A stretch of 64,000 nt of DNA, taken from positions 62,001 through 126,000 of IMG/VR virus record IMGVR_UViG_3300032236_000747. One strand, written 5' to 3'. Shown here one piece after another: positions 55,001-60,950 of this stretch (positions are counted from its first letter, which is position 1; the number at the start of each line of letters is the position of its first letter). The translations under genes were made by a program, and so were the position numbers. The notes beneath the pieces are model-generated. The model was not told the DNA's origin and searched no databases. It saw nothing but the letters and a program-made list of their open reading frames with translations.

Positions 55001-56729
55001 CTGTTCCTACAGCATATCCAAAAATCTTAGTTCCCTGGAAGTTTCCGTTGTACGCACTGCTTCCAAAACTATATCCATTAGAATCAACTACGTCAAACAA
55101 CGGAGCTTGATTTACTGATTTATGTTGTTGAGATTCTATCCACGTATTCGAAGATGTAAGATGCCAAGTAGTTCCTGCGTAGTTAGTACCTTTGATTATT
55201 ACAACTGATGCGCTTTCTGGAGGAATATTATCATCAGTAGCAATCAAACTTATTGATTGACTATAGAAAGGATCATTTTTGTTTAGTTTTACATTAACAA
55301 AATGTACCTGATATATACGACCTCTTACGTCCGGATCGATGTCAGCATTGAATATTACTCTATCACCTTCTTGTAACAATACACCATCTACCCAATAATC
55401 GTAACTATTTTCAACCTTTGAAAAGGCATCAGTGGTTGTATTATCAATGTGATCTACTGGACGTATACCTACACTTCCGTAGTTAAACAACTGTAAACCT
55501 GGTTTAAATTCGATAATAGGCCTTTTTGCTATATTATCAACCGGTGTTACAAACTCAATATTATTAGCTGTTGCAGATGTCTGTATTACATTAACATGGA
55601 ACCACCTATTGTATCTAGACCAAGAGTTTAGATCGGCACTAGATCTATTAATAGTAATGTATTCAGGAGTTAAAGGAATATTTTCAAAATCGTCAAACGG
55701 GAAATCGTCAAACGGTTCTGCATCAAAGTTATCGTCGTATTGATCAGCAATGGATTCGGGAGTCTTCAATATAGAAAAGTCAGTAAGGGTAATAGCAGAG
55801 CCAACATTTTCAACGATAAACTTTTTACCTGCATAAGAAGAAGGAAATACATCGCCGCCAAATGCTACAACAAGCCCGTTAATAAACTTGATACCAGATG
55901 CAGATGTATAAGCAGACTTGCCTAGGATTTCAGTTTCAACATTTATAGAACTATTTTCTGTGATTCCTTTAATAACAAACTGTCCGCCGGCTATATTGCC
56001 TTCAGTGGTATTATAATATAATATGTTAGGAGTAAAAGCAGTAACAGTTACAATTATTTGTCCTTTTTTAATACCGTTATTCTGAATGTCAGTATTATAT
56101 AAATCATTAGGACCGGCTTCTCTTCCTGTTTTGATATAGACTGGATACTTGCTGTCTATATTAAAAACATAAGTGACTCCTCTATATAATGTTATAACAG
56201 GGTCAGGCGTTAGACCGTCAGGTGTAAACACAAAGAAGTTACCGTCGTCAGTGTTCTTAATTGTATATGTGCTGGTTATTTCTTTTTGTATTCCAGTTAT
56301 AGTCACAGGAACAGGTCCTGTAGGTAACCAATAATATTGGCTATAGTTTACAAACTTATCCCAATCTACTTTTGGATCATAACTATAAAAATCTGGTCTA
56401 AACAACTTGTCTAGATTGGAAACGTCACTGCCGTAAAAACTTAGTTGATTTACTAAGTCATCATACCCGTAGGCCTTGGCAATAGAAGCATCGAGGTTTT
56501 TAATAACCAATGAAGGTAGTAACTGCGAATGATCCCTTAATGGTTCGTTTTCGCTTAGGTAAACATCTTTGTTTGGATTATAGTTAGGGCTTAGTTTGCT
56601 TCCTACATAGGCATTTAACCTATCAACGCTGGCAGGCTGTGTTAACTGATCGATTGTACTTGATAAAAATTTACTGTTCTTATCTGTTTGATAATATGAA
56701 GGAAGTAAATTTACTGACTGTCTAGCCAT
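42990..56729 (-). CDS. Giant (4579 aa) baseplate wedge/tail structural protein with FG-GAP-like propeller repeats
   Basis: Uninterrupted 13.7-kb ORF directly downstream of the gp6-like gene. It has Asn/Thr/Ser/Tyr-rich virion-type composition, FG-GAP-like repeats, and GSGATAQAYI...GQGYTVTPTV-type modules. Confidence 0.8.
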   Translation of the reverse strand: MARQSVNLLPSYYQTDKNSKFLSSTIDQLTQPASVDRLNAYVGSKLSPNYNPNKDVYLSENEPLRDHSQLLPSLVIKNLDASIAKAYGYDDLVNQLSFYGSDVSNLDKLFRPDFYSYDPKVDWDKFVNYSQYYWLPTGPVPVTITGIQKEITSTYTIKNTDDGNFFVFTPDGLTPDPVITLYRGVTYVFNIDSKYPVYIKTGREAGPNDLYNTDIQNNGIKKGQIIVTVTAFTPNILYYNTTEGNIAGGQFVIKGITENSSINVETEILGKSAYTSASGIKFINGLVVAFGGDVFPSSYAGKKFIVENVGSAITLTDFSILKTPESIADQYDDNFDAEPFDDFPFDDFENIPLTPEYITINRSSADLNSWSRYNRWFHVNVIQTSATANNIEFVTPVDNIAKRPIIEFKPGLQLFNYGSVGIRPVDHIDNTTTDAFSKVENSYDYWVDGVLLQEGDRVIFNADIDPDVRGRIYQVHFVNVKLNKNDPFYSQSISLIATDDNIPPESASVVIIKGTNYAGTTWHLTSSNTWIESQQHKSVNQAPLFDVVDSNGYSFGSSAYNGNFQGTKIFGYAVGTGVADTVLGFPLSYSSEALTSTYLFDNYFMNDSFINVVSNVSFSIAVNSGYLVHNKTNGVEYINVWTQAAEYKLAVQQFQVVYDQTASIEITVFDNPGFISDLTADVFVNDKKYLRSDFSIITSTTGTAAVSFVTPLSKSTSGHRVLLNLYSNTAPNGTGIYEAPINLTNNPLNDSISQFTLSEVVNHVQDMVNRDPDFVGSFPGSSNLSDLANVSKYGSRFIINKNSLSFAQYFISDQEHSAVTAIRVAGDDYNLFKLNFLKAIMDIPSSYTPADAVDYALAYLNENKNITFPYLLSDMVPYGTDKKIRRYTVTDSRNTAYSISSVFDITTPSNIAILVYLNGTQLLQGFDYTFDLYDPVINVSISLNPGDEILINEYLNTDGCYISPTPSKLGLYPKFKPTKYLDNSYAGDAQWVIQGHDGSIIVAFNDYRDDIIIEFETRIFNNIKVTYNPDLFDVNSVLPGRFRKELFSYSDTYNVVQDLFIKWKSVYGVNYEDNLTYDINNHKTYNYKSSTDYLFGGNFTGSWRSIYKYYFDTDRPDLTPWEMLGFSLKPDWWDNQYGPAPYTSGNTTLWNDLEAGFIAQGPTAGYNTLYVRPGLSQVIPVDEHGNLVDIREWGGIALNDYIPDQAQSWSFGDWGPAENAWRRSSNWPFAAQILMALTKPADYSNKLFDTSRMMLNLAGQYTYSSVNEFISPARVLLQGDTVNGSIIRAAGYGVYVLEIGKKRSNTYLSYLKEQLENGDFNLMYKVGGFVSQDKLNIIVDSYNLATQNPEPFLPNENYNIHYNVSNPILSLGISGVIVIKSNGKFVVRGYDKKDLFFTIFQSIHSSTDPSFKVGGQSETYLTYTAGQAYQSGQVVFYQNNYYRVISNNIATAVLNQAYYQLLDSLPTVGGIEVSAAKRFETTPVKISYGTIFDNVQAVFDFLMGYGQWLHSQGFEFNTYNGDFNQVINWDFSAKEFLYWSAQNWANNSVITLSPFADTLTFNFQKGVVDNVLDSFYEYSIFAADGSTIPVSNISITRSSGTISIKTAGSTQGIFFARLNLVQKEHVLIFDNTTVFKDVIYDRASGYRQLRMKLIGFKTSSWNGDLFSPGFVYDNVSIEQWSPYKSYMPADVVQYVGKYYSAAKKITGSATFDFAQWFLLPKAPTAKLIPNFDYKINQFEDFYSLDIDNFDRSQQKMAQHLTGYSPRPYLDNIFADATAQYKFYQGYIKEKGTLNSIIKLEKAGAANMLGTIDIYEEWAFRAGAYGGYSTYNEIEFPLRETDFIENSQAIQFIPSKPAAPNEIISYVQPMDMPIYPVGYSSTQTFATSTGTFSSNEMIYPYAGYPRLDDVKYTFTKMSDLLTTDNSTFNEGDKVWIGFDNNDWGVYRYTRTQSYAISATAAGNTIVFNTKAPHGLQIGEYVSVTKFEASLDAFYTVSDVPSLTSFTVISSNYVPSKITSDGVLYHFISSRYNNVDELSDIPFATAVLPNELFWVDNNGHDKWAVYKKADVYTDTIQPPFKRQLGEEFGYGVTKRATSSTLFVSAANYNDIVRSPGSIFVYDINPLTGALSEITNFGLNSAQDQFRRGTGTYRVSFDPTPFGDSVFYDDTDDVVMVAASYASTGTTVTNNGVSLLASTASGVVKVSGIFRQNARGGLNHELTYNVLNNPGAYPNYSRFGASLFVQASLTNKTVLIGAPGVTNNSRHSGEVYMYNMYVNPHPIYTNVTGTGTTFYSNLTGVTAGSPGALSSFNVMTLTGQPYRVMMVNSGTSYLVNSTITIAGANFGGTSPTNDLVITVTGVNGLGNITTFTSAGTVYKGTSATFTVSFSDYKYIVTLTNTGTNYNTTSRLEITGDNLGGRAPDNNLDIVIDGVNNNGSITSYYTTGSFSAYKAFSMPYIGKLQKPIPYTVGAEFGYSIVGSRNGSVIAVSAPGINTGTGAVYIYTATNGTYAYTQVLDPTTSTSVRSNFKNANSYQDRLGSAMAINDNGTHLFVASSNMTDGVTQKGKVGVYEWNGNNFEFLQLIDNPAVSAVNFGQAITVTPAADSLVITGQGNPFFLSVTFDGGKTTFDNLSCQFGQIIKQAGSAYLYERYNKKFVFVQELINSTVDQGGNYGFSAVMDNNTVYVGNPDVSAASSAYGSVHIWNKISTATSYSSFRNQSDLVDLSLIDKSFTVDTLKEQVVDYLDIVDPVKGRLAGLAEQELKFKTPYDPAFYNRGTSAVVVDEYNFWESDHVGEVWWDLSTVKYVWYEQGETLYRKNAWGKQFPGSSIDVYEWVETTYTPSQWATLSNTSAGSSLGITGYPKFADDSVYSSKQIYDSGTGQFTTLYYYWVKNKTTVPSNTSRKISASEVASIINDPVSYGLEYVSILGPDSVAVVNYKSRLIGDRINLNLGYDSVNTSINKHTEWILIQENNRESLPTPALTQKLFDSLIGHDSLGNRVPDPSLSKRQAYGIEYRPRQSMFVDRIAALRNLMDFTNNILLDLIITDNINFDNLNNKDEIPNILLGQYDQVVEDKLYLDRIVTNNFITAELSCEVTDGRITAISILNTGFGYLQAPTVTISDGTSSAKLKTVIDSNGSVVHVDILDRGNGFVTAPALIVRPYTVILNIDPEYNGKWSRFEWTGYNWLRAYTQSYDTTKYWTYIDWKSSDFNSAKPIAFAVDYVYETAQLSLSVGDYVKVQNGGNGNYIILRKIVSGSVGTFDADFDIVYSQNGTIKILDTVWNTVNTPYAFDEISAFDQTLFDQTPDIELASILKAIKDDLFTGDHILYWNQFFFAAVKYALTEQRSLDWVFKTSFVNVINQAGVLDQRTNYRFQDPTWYNDYINEIKPYHTKIRNYQVNYNIGESNNTPWDPSLTYNSDFDLPSYFDSSINTFTVVTTSSELLLQYPYKSWNDNHKYSVESISVGRSGDGYREVPVVTIIPAPGDTGSGATAQAYISNGGISFIKVLTSGQGYTVTPTVLITGGGNATLTTATAYAQLTNGLVRNNFIRMKFDRISTATSVGATFVTTTATTNGNDFEFDLDWAASPIKTDTSVYLNGLLVLKSHYTITNYTSVFNSLGTSYKKHHSKIALNYIPPTSSTLIVNYKKNIELYSAADRIRDYYNPTSGMFGKQLSQLMYGAEFPGTTVQGLDFSADYGFGDFNFGDSNFADAPADIFSLQVTTLKNTQTFVTADVKTAYLASSDSYVTTSTLKTVSTGTPINVYLESWGPLNPSLNSTTNVLLSSVRIDGASTSATNVLFVTPVGSGTAVSVTIPGSAFSTTASFSRVVFRTPDQNAAILSSDIDTVIDGGNVSTFNDGLFTTARGISPSDIIVDGRELFSPITSYAPEEVIPGQVQENLSIDVFTQEPQGSPLVITQLAQINGTTSTTVINLDLSPPSTSSVIVSYNSQYLTYGVDYSLDFAHDTLTLNQQTSTGILSITTVGVGGINLLGSAAVSVTGSFTSINSRHAYDTIGSIYVTVNGQTVYANTSTSLHYSFIADTNNRGLVNIYGMSTGTNLVQAWFFGPSYKAYSELKQQIINVDNTTSTFNLIQIPGVLGPFEEQTIVEVNGLRINPPDTTYYQVSNNQTSFVIHPNEISQPGIYSLSAIKVFRNGIQLNNSRDFLLEQPLNTILFNPNFLSNGDVLAIETYNNTDYSVDEKAGTITLTNPVNNGDLVNILTFTNGDASGIRTERFYATEANFYTMQRPILNENYIWVSVAGKPLIKDVDYAVSANGYTVQISINYQYNVGDIVLVTSINDTLADKTIGFKIFKDILGRTQFKRFSKTNSTSLARSLSITDTEIYVNNAGSLSTPNIAKNQPGVIFINSERIEFMTISGNVLSRIKRATLGTGANTVYSTGTTVVDMGIYETVPSLSKNLIQNIITTNTTTYNISAVNTSSNLISGDGININPNITSKNGLADQVEVYYAGILLNKTSTTYHYSSLGFDTGDNNSDIVVPPEFTINYNTKTGIASVELHLGPVSKAALVPGSRLTIIQRTDKTWYTVGKQTSLLEETTPQAAFLQSSLSGLPDKYQYEST
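43009..43014 (-). promoter_or_regulatory. Late promoter core TAAATA 5 nt upstream of ATG 43003
   Basis: Reverse complement reads GATAAATATCAATATG. Confidence 0.55.
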
Positions 56730-56734
56730 TATTC

Positions 56735-59700
56735 TTATGCTCCTGTTGAGTTGGTTACGATAGAACCACTAGCTTGTAGTTGGCTGGCTGTAATAGCATC
56801 TATGATCTCAATGTTATCCACTGTTGCTCCGTTAATGAATATTTCATTACTTTGGCTAGTTATCTCATAAAGACTTCCGAATGTTCCTACCGAAGTAGGT
56901 ACTATAACAAAGTTTGTTATATCAGGAGTCAATGCGTTCATAACATATGTAGAAAGTTCACTGAAGTAAAAAGTATCGCCAAAGTTCCAGTTTTCTAAAG
57001 CAAAGAAGTTTTCAATGGCTGCTAAAATTCTAGTTTTTAGATTATTAGTACTGTTTGATATACTTGTGTTTTTAACCGCTTTAAATGTACCTTGTAGTGC
57101 AGGCTCTGCTTGATTTCCGAATAGTACTTTATAAACGGCAGGATGGAATACTAACTCATCGCTGATGCTCTTGATAGGATCAAGTACAGAACTATACAAA
57201 TCTGAAAGATTGCTGCTTGTAGGAGGAAGAGGTTCGATTCCTGTACCAGCAACAAGCCAAGATCTAAATGCGGTATCGTAGGTTGAAGTTAATAGATAGA
57301 TATCCATCAAGTTAGTTTTACTTGGATCTATTCTACGCTCTCTTCCACTATTGTGTATATACTGGAACTTTAATCCTGTTCTACCAGGATAAGCAAAATA
57401 TTTTGTGTTTAAAACAAATGCTTGATCAGCTTCGTCCCATGTTTGCATTACATTTAGATTTGAATTATAAAAATAATATATTGTAGAAGTTGACGGAGAA
57501 GTTACAGCCGAAGGATCTGGGTATGCAGAAAATAAACTAGGATCAGCCAGAGCAGTACTTACACCATCTGATAGATATTTAAAATATATAAAGTTATGTA
57601 GGTATCCGGTCTGTGGAGAAATATCATCAGGTAATACAATATTTTTAAATGCATCTGGATCTGCTATTCTTCCGGCATCGTTGACATCAAAATAACTTAC
57701 TATTATTTTATTAGGATCAATATAACCATCCGGTTCTACTATAGCACTGTCAACTTGCCATTGATAGTCCCTAGATAAACTTACTACAGAATTTGATTGA
57801 TTAGGATTGAACGTGCTTGTATTAGTTACACTTACCACTGTAGGAATAAATGTAACATATGAGTTATTTGTGACGTTAGACGACAGTGGATTAGAAAGAT
57901 TAATAATACCGTTGCTAATAGATGTAATCAAACTAAATCCTGTGCTAATAGAAGGATGAACAGCATAGTATTGATTTGCTGCTAGATTATTTTTAGCCCA
58001 TGCCGAGTTAACGTATAGCACAGGAGAGTTTATAGAATAACTAGTAGCGGTAGTTGCTGTAGTTACCGGAAGTATGTTAGTTGAAGTAGAGTTAACAATT
58101 TGTGTTGTAGCTAATGTCTTGTTTATACCTAATACAACAATTTGATCTTTGATGACAGTATCTGTTACAAAATCATAGTTTTTAGAAGTTGTATCTATAA
58201 AGAAAGCTGTTTGTTTTTCACTCTGGAAAATATAATTCAATGTTCTATAGTTAACTTGATAACCTGTATTATTCCATTGGAAGCTGATTAGCCAACTGTT
58301 ATCTTTTCCAACATTGCTAGTGTCTTGTTGGAAGTCTAAACTAAAACCAGACATTAGATCTAGGTTAGTATCTGTGATAATATACCAAGATCTAGATGTT
58401 GCGTCAAACGCAATTCCTAGATTTTTATTTTCAAAAATAATATCCACTATTTCATTTTGTATTGCGGTAGGAAGAGCATCTTCAAAAGCAGGAATCGCTT
58501 CAACTAATAATGATGATGAAGGAATTGGATCAGAAAATACAATAGGACCTGTTCCATTTGATAGATTGCCAGCGCCGCCATTTGACCCATCACCGTAAAC
58601 TGACTCAACCTGAGACCATATATAAGTTCTTGTGGTAGAATCTTGTGTATAAGTTAACGTATTGTTAGGTAAAAAGTATTGGCCTTGAGGAGGAACAAAC
58701 TTCACTAATGCGCCGGGCATTAGGTACTGTAGATTATTTCCACTGAAGCTACCCACAGCCGCAGGTGTGTTTGTTATTGTTACATAACCTGTAGATTGAT
58801 TTGTAGATTTTGTACTTTGATTCCAAATAGCGCCTGTTCCAGCTAGGTCTATCCTAGGATATTGATCTATATAAAAATTGTAAACTTCGGGGCTTATTAA
58901 TATAGACTTGATTTTATTTTCAAGAAGCCCAATAATATCAGTCTGGGTTATGAACTGAAATCCAAAACTGTGTTGCTTAAATTGCTTATAGATCATTCCA
59001 TCTGTAGCAAAGATGTTGGTGCCGCTATATTCTCCGCTAACATCAGTTAGTTCAAAGTATTTGCTGATGCCGCTAGCTGTTCTATTAATGCTGTGTATTT
59101 TTAAAATGTCTGTGCCAACATTTAAAGGAGCAATGTTATAGTCCTCTGCTGTGACCATTCTATTTTGAACATAATAAGTTTGTGGTGCTTTTAACTTGAT
59201 GTTAGCATCAGTTTCTGTGGCCTGACTATTACTAACTGTTTCTTGTAAACTTAATACCACTCTTAATGTGTTAGCTTGACCGTTTTTATTATTATAAGGA
59301 ATATTAACTGTAATATTCGATAGTTGATCTGGGCGGATAACATAACTTAGTCCGTTACTCTGTCTATAAAACACAGCAAAATCGCCTAAGGGCAACGCAC
59401 CAAAACTTCCGTCAGCAAAACTGAGATCAAACTGATCTTGGTCTCTAGTTAATACGCTATATACTGTTTTGATTTGACTGGTAATGCTGTTATAGATAAC
59501 ATTGTTACCAACTAAATCAGCAACCTTGGTCCATAATGTTTCGTAACTTCCATTTAATCCTAGTTGCCATAACCAAACATCACTACTGTTTGTTCCGCTA
59601 GCGTTAACTGAAATAAGTTCGTTAGGAACCGGTTGCTTAACGGTAAAGTTAGAAGTCGATAACTTGCCTTGTTTAAAGTTTACAAAAAATCCAGTATTAG

Positions 59701-60445
59701 CAGAACCATTACCTTGATTGTCATTTTTGTAGATAAAGCTAAACTGTGATCCTGGCTTTGGCGGTTCTTCGTAGATATAACCCTGTCCAGCAAACAAACT
59801 GCTGACAAGTTCAAAGTTCATTGTAGTTCCGTTAATATTGCTAGTAAAAGAAAATACAGGAACATCAGCGTTAGAACTATCAACGCGATATTGCTGTGTA
59901 TCAATGCCATCAATAACTGCCTCGTCATAGGGCCTACCAAAAATAACACCGCTAGGCATTGCACTGTTTAGAATAGTAATAAACTGTTCATACCAGTTGC
60001 TGTTCGTAGGATCGTTCCAGTTGATTATTTGATTAGATAAGTTGTATCCATTTGTATCGGTAACTACATCAGATGTGCTTATTGAAACTATTTTTAAAAA
60101 ACCACTAGCTGCGGTGTTTCTACTAGGATTATAGCCAATCAACTTTGCTAGACGTAGAATGCTATCGCGGCGCTGTGCGGTTTCTAAAAAGTTTTCACGT
60201 GCGTTTAAGTCAACACGGAAACTTAGATTTTGACCTAAGAAAGCAATAAGATCAACCAGTGCCAAATACTCACTGCTATCAGTATAATCGTTAAAATCTT
60301 CTGGATAGTTCTCTTGAAGATAGGATATCATTACCCTGCGAAGTGTTTCAAAATCGTAACTTTGAAACTCAGCATTAGGGTAGCTTTGATATATTTTTTT
60401 CCAGTCTTCGGTGACTAGGTACTGGTTAGTTGTTGATGGTATCAT
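56735..60445 (-). CDS. Baseplate wedge subunit (T4 gp6-like)
   Basis: SYDFETLR, DYTDSSEYLALVDLIAF, NARENFLETAQRRDSILRLAKLIGY and QNRMVTAEDY are gp6/baseplate J-type signatures. Confidence 0.85.
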   Translation of the reverse strand: MIPSTTNQYLVTEDWKKIYQSYPNAEFQSYDFETLRRVMISYLQENYPEDFNDYTDSSEYLALVDLIAFLGQNLSFRVDLNARENFLETAQRRDSILRLAKLIGYNPSRNTAASGFLKIVSISTSDVVTDTNGYNLSNQIINWNDPTNSNWYEQFITILNSAMPSGVIFGRPYDEAVIDGIDTQQYRVDSSNADVPVFSFTSNINGTTMNFELVSSLFAGQGYIYEEPPKPGSQFSFIYKNDNQGNGSANTGFFVNFKQGKLSTSNFTVKQPVPNELISVNASGTNSSDVWLWQLGLNGSYETLWTKVADLVGNNVIYNSITSQIKTVYSVLTRDQDQFDLSFADGSFGALPLGDFAVFYRQSNGLSYVIRPDQLSNITVNIPYNNKNGQANTLRVVLSLQETVSNSQATETDANIKLKAPQTYYVQNRMVTAEDYNIAPLNVGTDILKIHSINRTASGISKYFELTDVSGEYSGTNIFATDGMIYKQFKQHSFGFQFITQTDIIGLLENKIKSILISPEVYNFYIDQYPRIDLAGTGAIWNQSTKSTNQSTGYVTITNTPAAVGSFSGNNLQYLMPGALVKFVPPQGQYFLPNNTLTYTQDSTTRTYIWSQVESVYGDGSNGGAGNLSNGTGPIVFSDPIPSSSLLVEAIPAFEDALPTAIQNEIVDIIFENKNLGIAFDATSRSWYIITDTNLDLMSGFSLDFQQDTSNVGKDNSWLISFQWNNTGYQVNYRTLNYIFQSEKQTAFFIDTTSKNYDFVTDTVIKDQIVVLGINKTLATTQIVNSTSTNILPVTTATTATSYSINSPVLYVNSAWAKNNLAANQYYAVHPSISTGFSLITSISNGIINLSNPLSSNVTNNSYVTFIPTVVSVTNTSTFNPNQSNSVVSLSRDYQWQVDSAIVEPDGYIDPNKIIVSYFDVNDAGRIADPDAFKNIVLPDDISPQTGYLHNFIYFKYLSDGVSTALADPSLFSAYPDPSAVTSPSTSTIYYFYNSNLNVMQTWDEADQAFVLNTKYFAYPGRTGLKFQYIHNSGRERRIDPSKTNLMDIYLLTSTYDTAFRSWLVAGTGIEPLPPTSSNLSDLYSSVLDPIKSISDELVFHPAVYKVLFGNQAEPALQGTFKAVKNTSISNSTNNLKTRILAAIENFFALENWNFGDTFYFSELSTYVMNALTPDITNFVIVPTSVGTFGSLYEITSQSNEIFINGATVDNIEIIDAITASQLQASGSIVTNSTGA

Positions 60446-60468
60446 GGCTTTTCAAATGTATTATTACA

Positions 60469-60474
60469 TATTTA
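60469..60474 (-). promoter_or_regulatory. Late promoter core TAAATA upstream of the gp6-like gene
   Basis: Reverse complement reads TCAATAAATATG in the intergenic gap. Confidence 0.55.
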
Positions 60475-60496
60475 TTGATACTATAAAGTAGGTATA

Positions 60497-60940
60497 TTAT
60501 TGTGCCAGACTTGCTAGACCTATAGCAGAGTCAAATGACAACTTTAAAACCTCAGTTTGATCAGTATCAGAATATTGTAACGTTGCTTCCATTAATAACC
60601 CATATTCCTGTTCAAATATCTTAACTTCGACAGCCCTTGCTCTAGGATCGCTGTTGATAATTTTTGTAAAATCTGCAACTATTTGTTTTTTAACAACATC
60701 AGTAAACGGTTCAAAAAGAAGCTTCCATATAACAGTTCCGAAGTTTGGATCCATTACACGTTCTCCTTTAGAAATGTTAAGTTGATTTAACAAATCTTGT
60801 TTTATTAGATTATGATCGTATAACGTACTGCTAGAAACAGTGTTATCGACAGTACTAAATCCTTTATATATCTGAGAAGTTTTGTTGTTATAAGGATTAG
60901 CAACTTGTGTAGGATTAATGGTTAGACTTATGTAGGGCAT
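60497..60940 (-). CDS. Baseplate wedge protein (T4 gp25-like)
   Basis: YKGFSTV, LIKQDLLNQLNISKGERVMDPNFGTVIWKLLFEP and IINSDPR. Confidence 0.88.
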   Translation of the reverse strand: MPYISLTINPTQVANPYNNKTSQIYKGFSTVDNTVSSSTLYDHNLIKQDLLNQLNISKGERVMDPNFGTVIWKLLFEPFTDVVKKQIVADFTKIINSDPRARAVEVKIFEQEYGLLMEATLQYSDTDQTEVLKLSFDSAIGLASLAQ

Positions 60941-60944
60941 AGCA

Positions 60945-60950
60945 TATTTA
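60945..60950 (-). promoter_or_regulatory. Late promoter core TAAATA 4 nt upstream of ATG 60940
   Basis: Reverse complement reads GAGTAAATATGCTATG; overlaps the gp5 stop codon. Confidence 0.5.
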
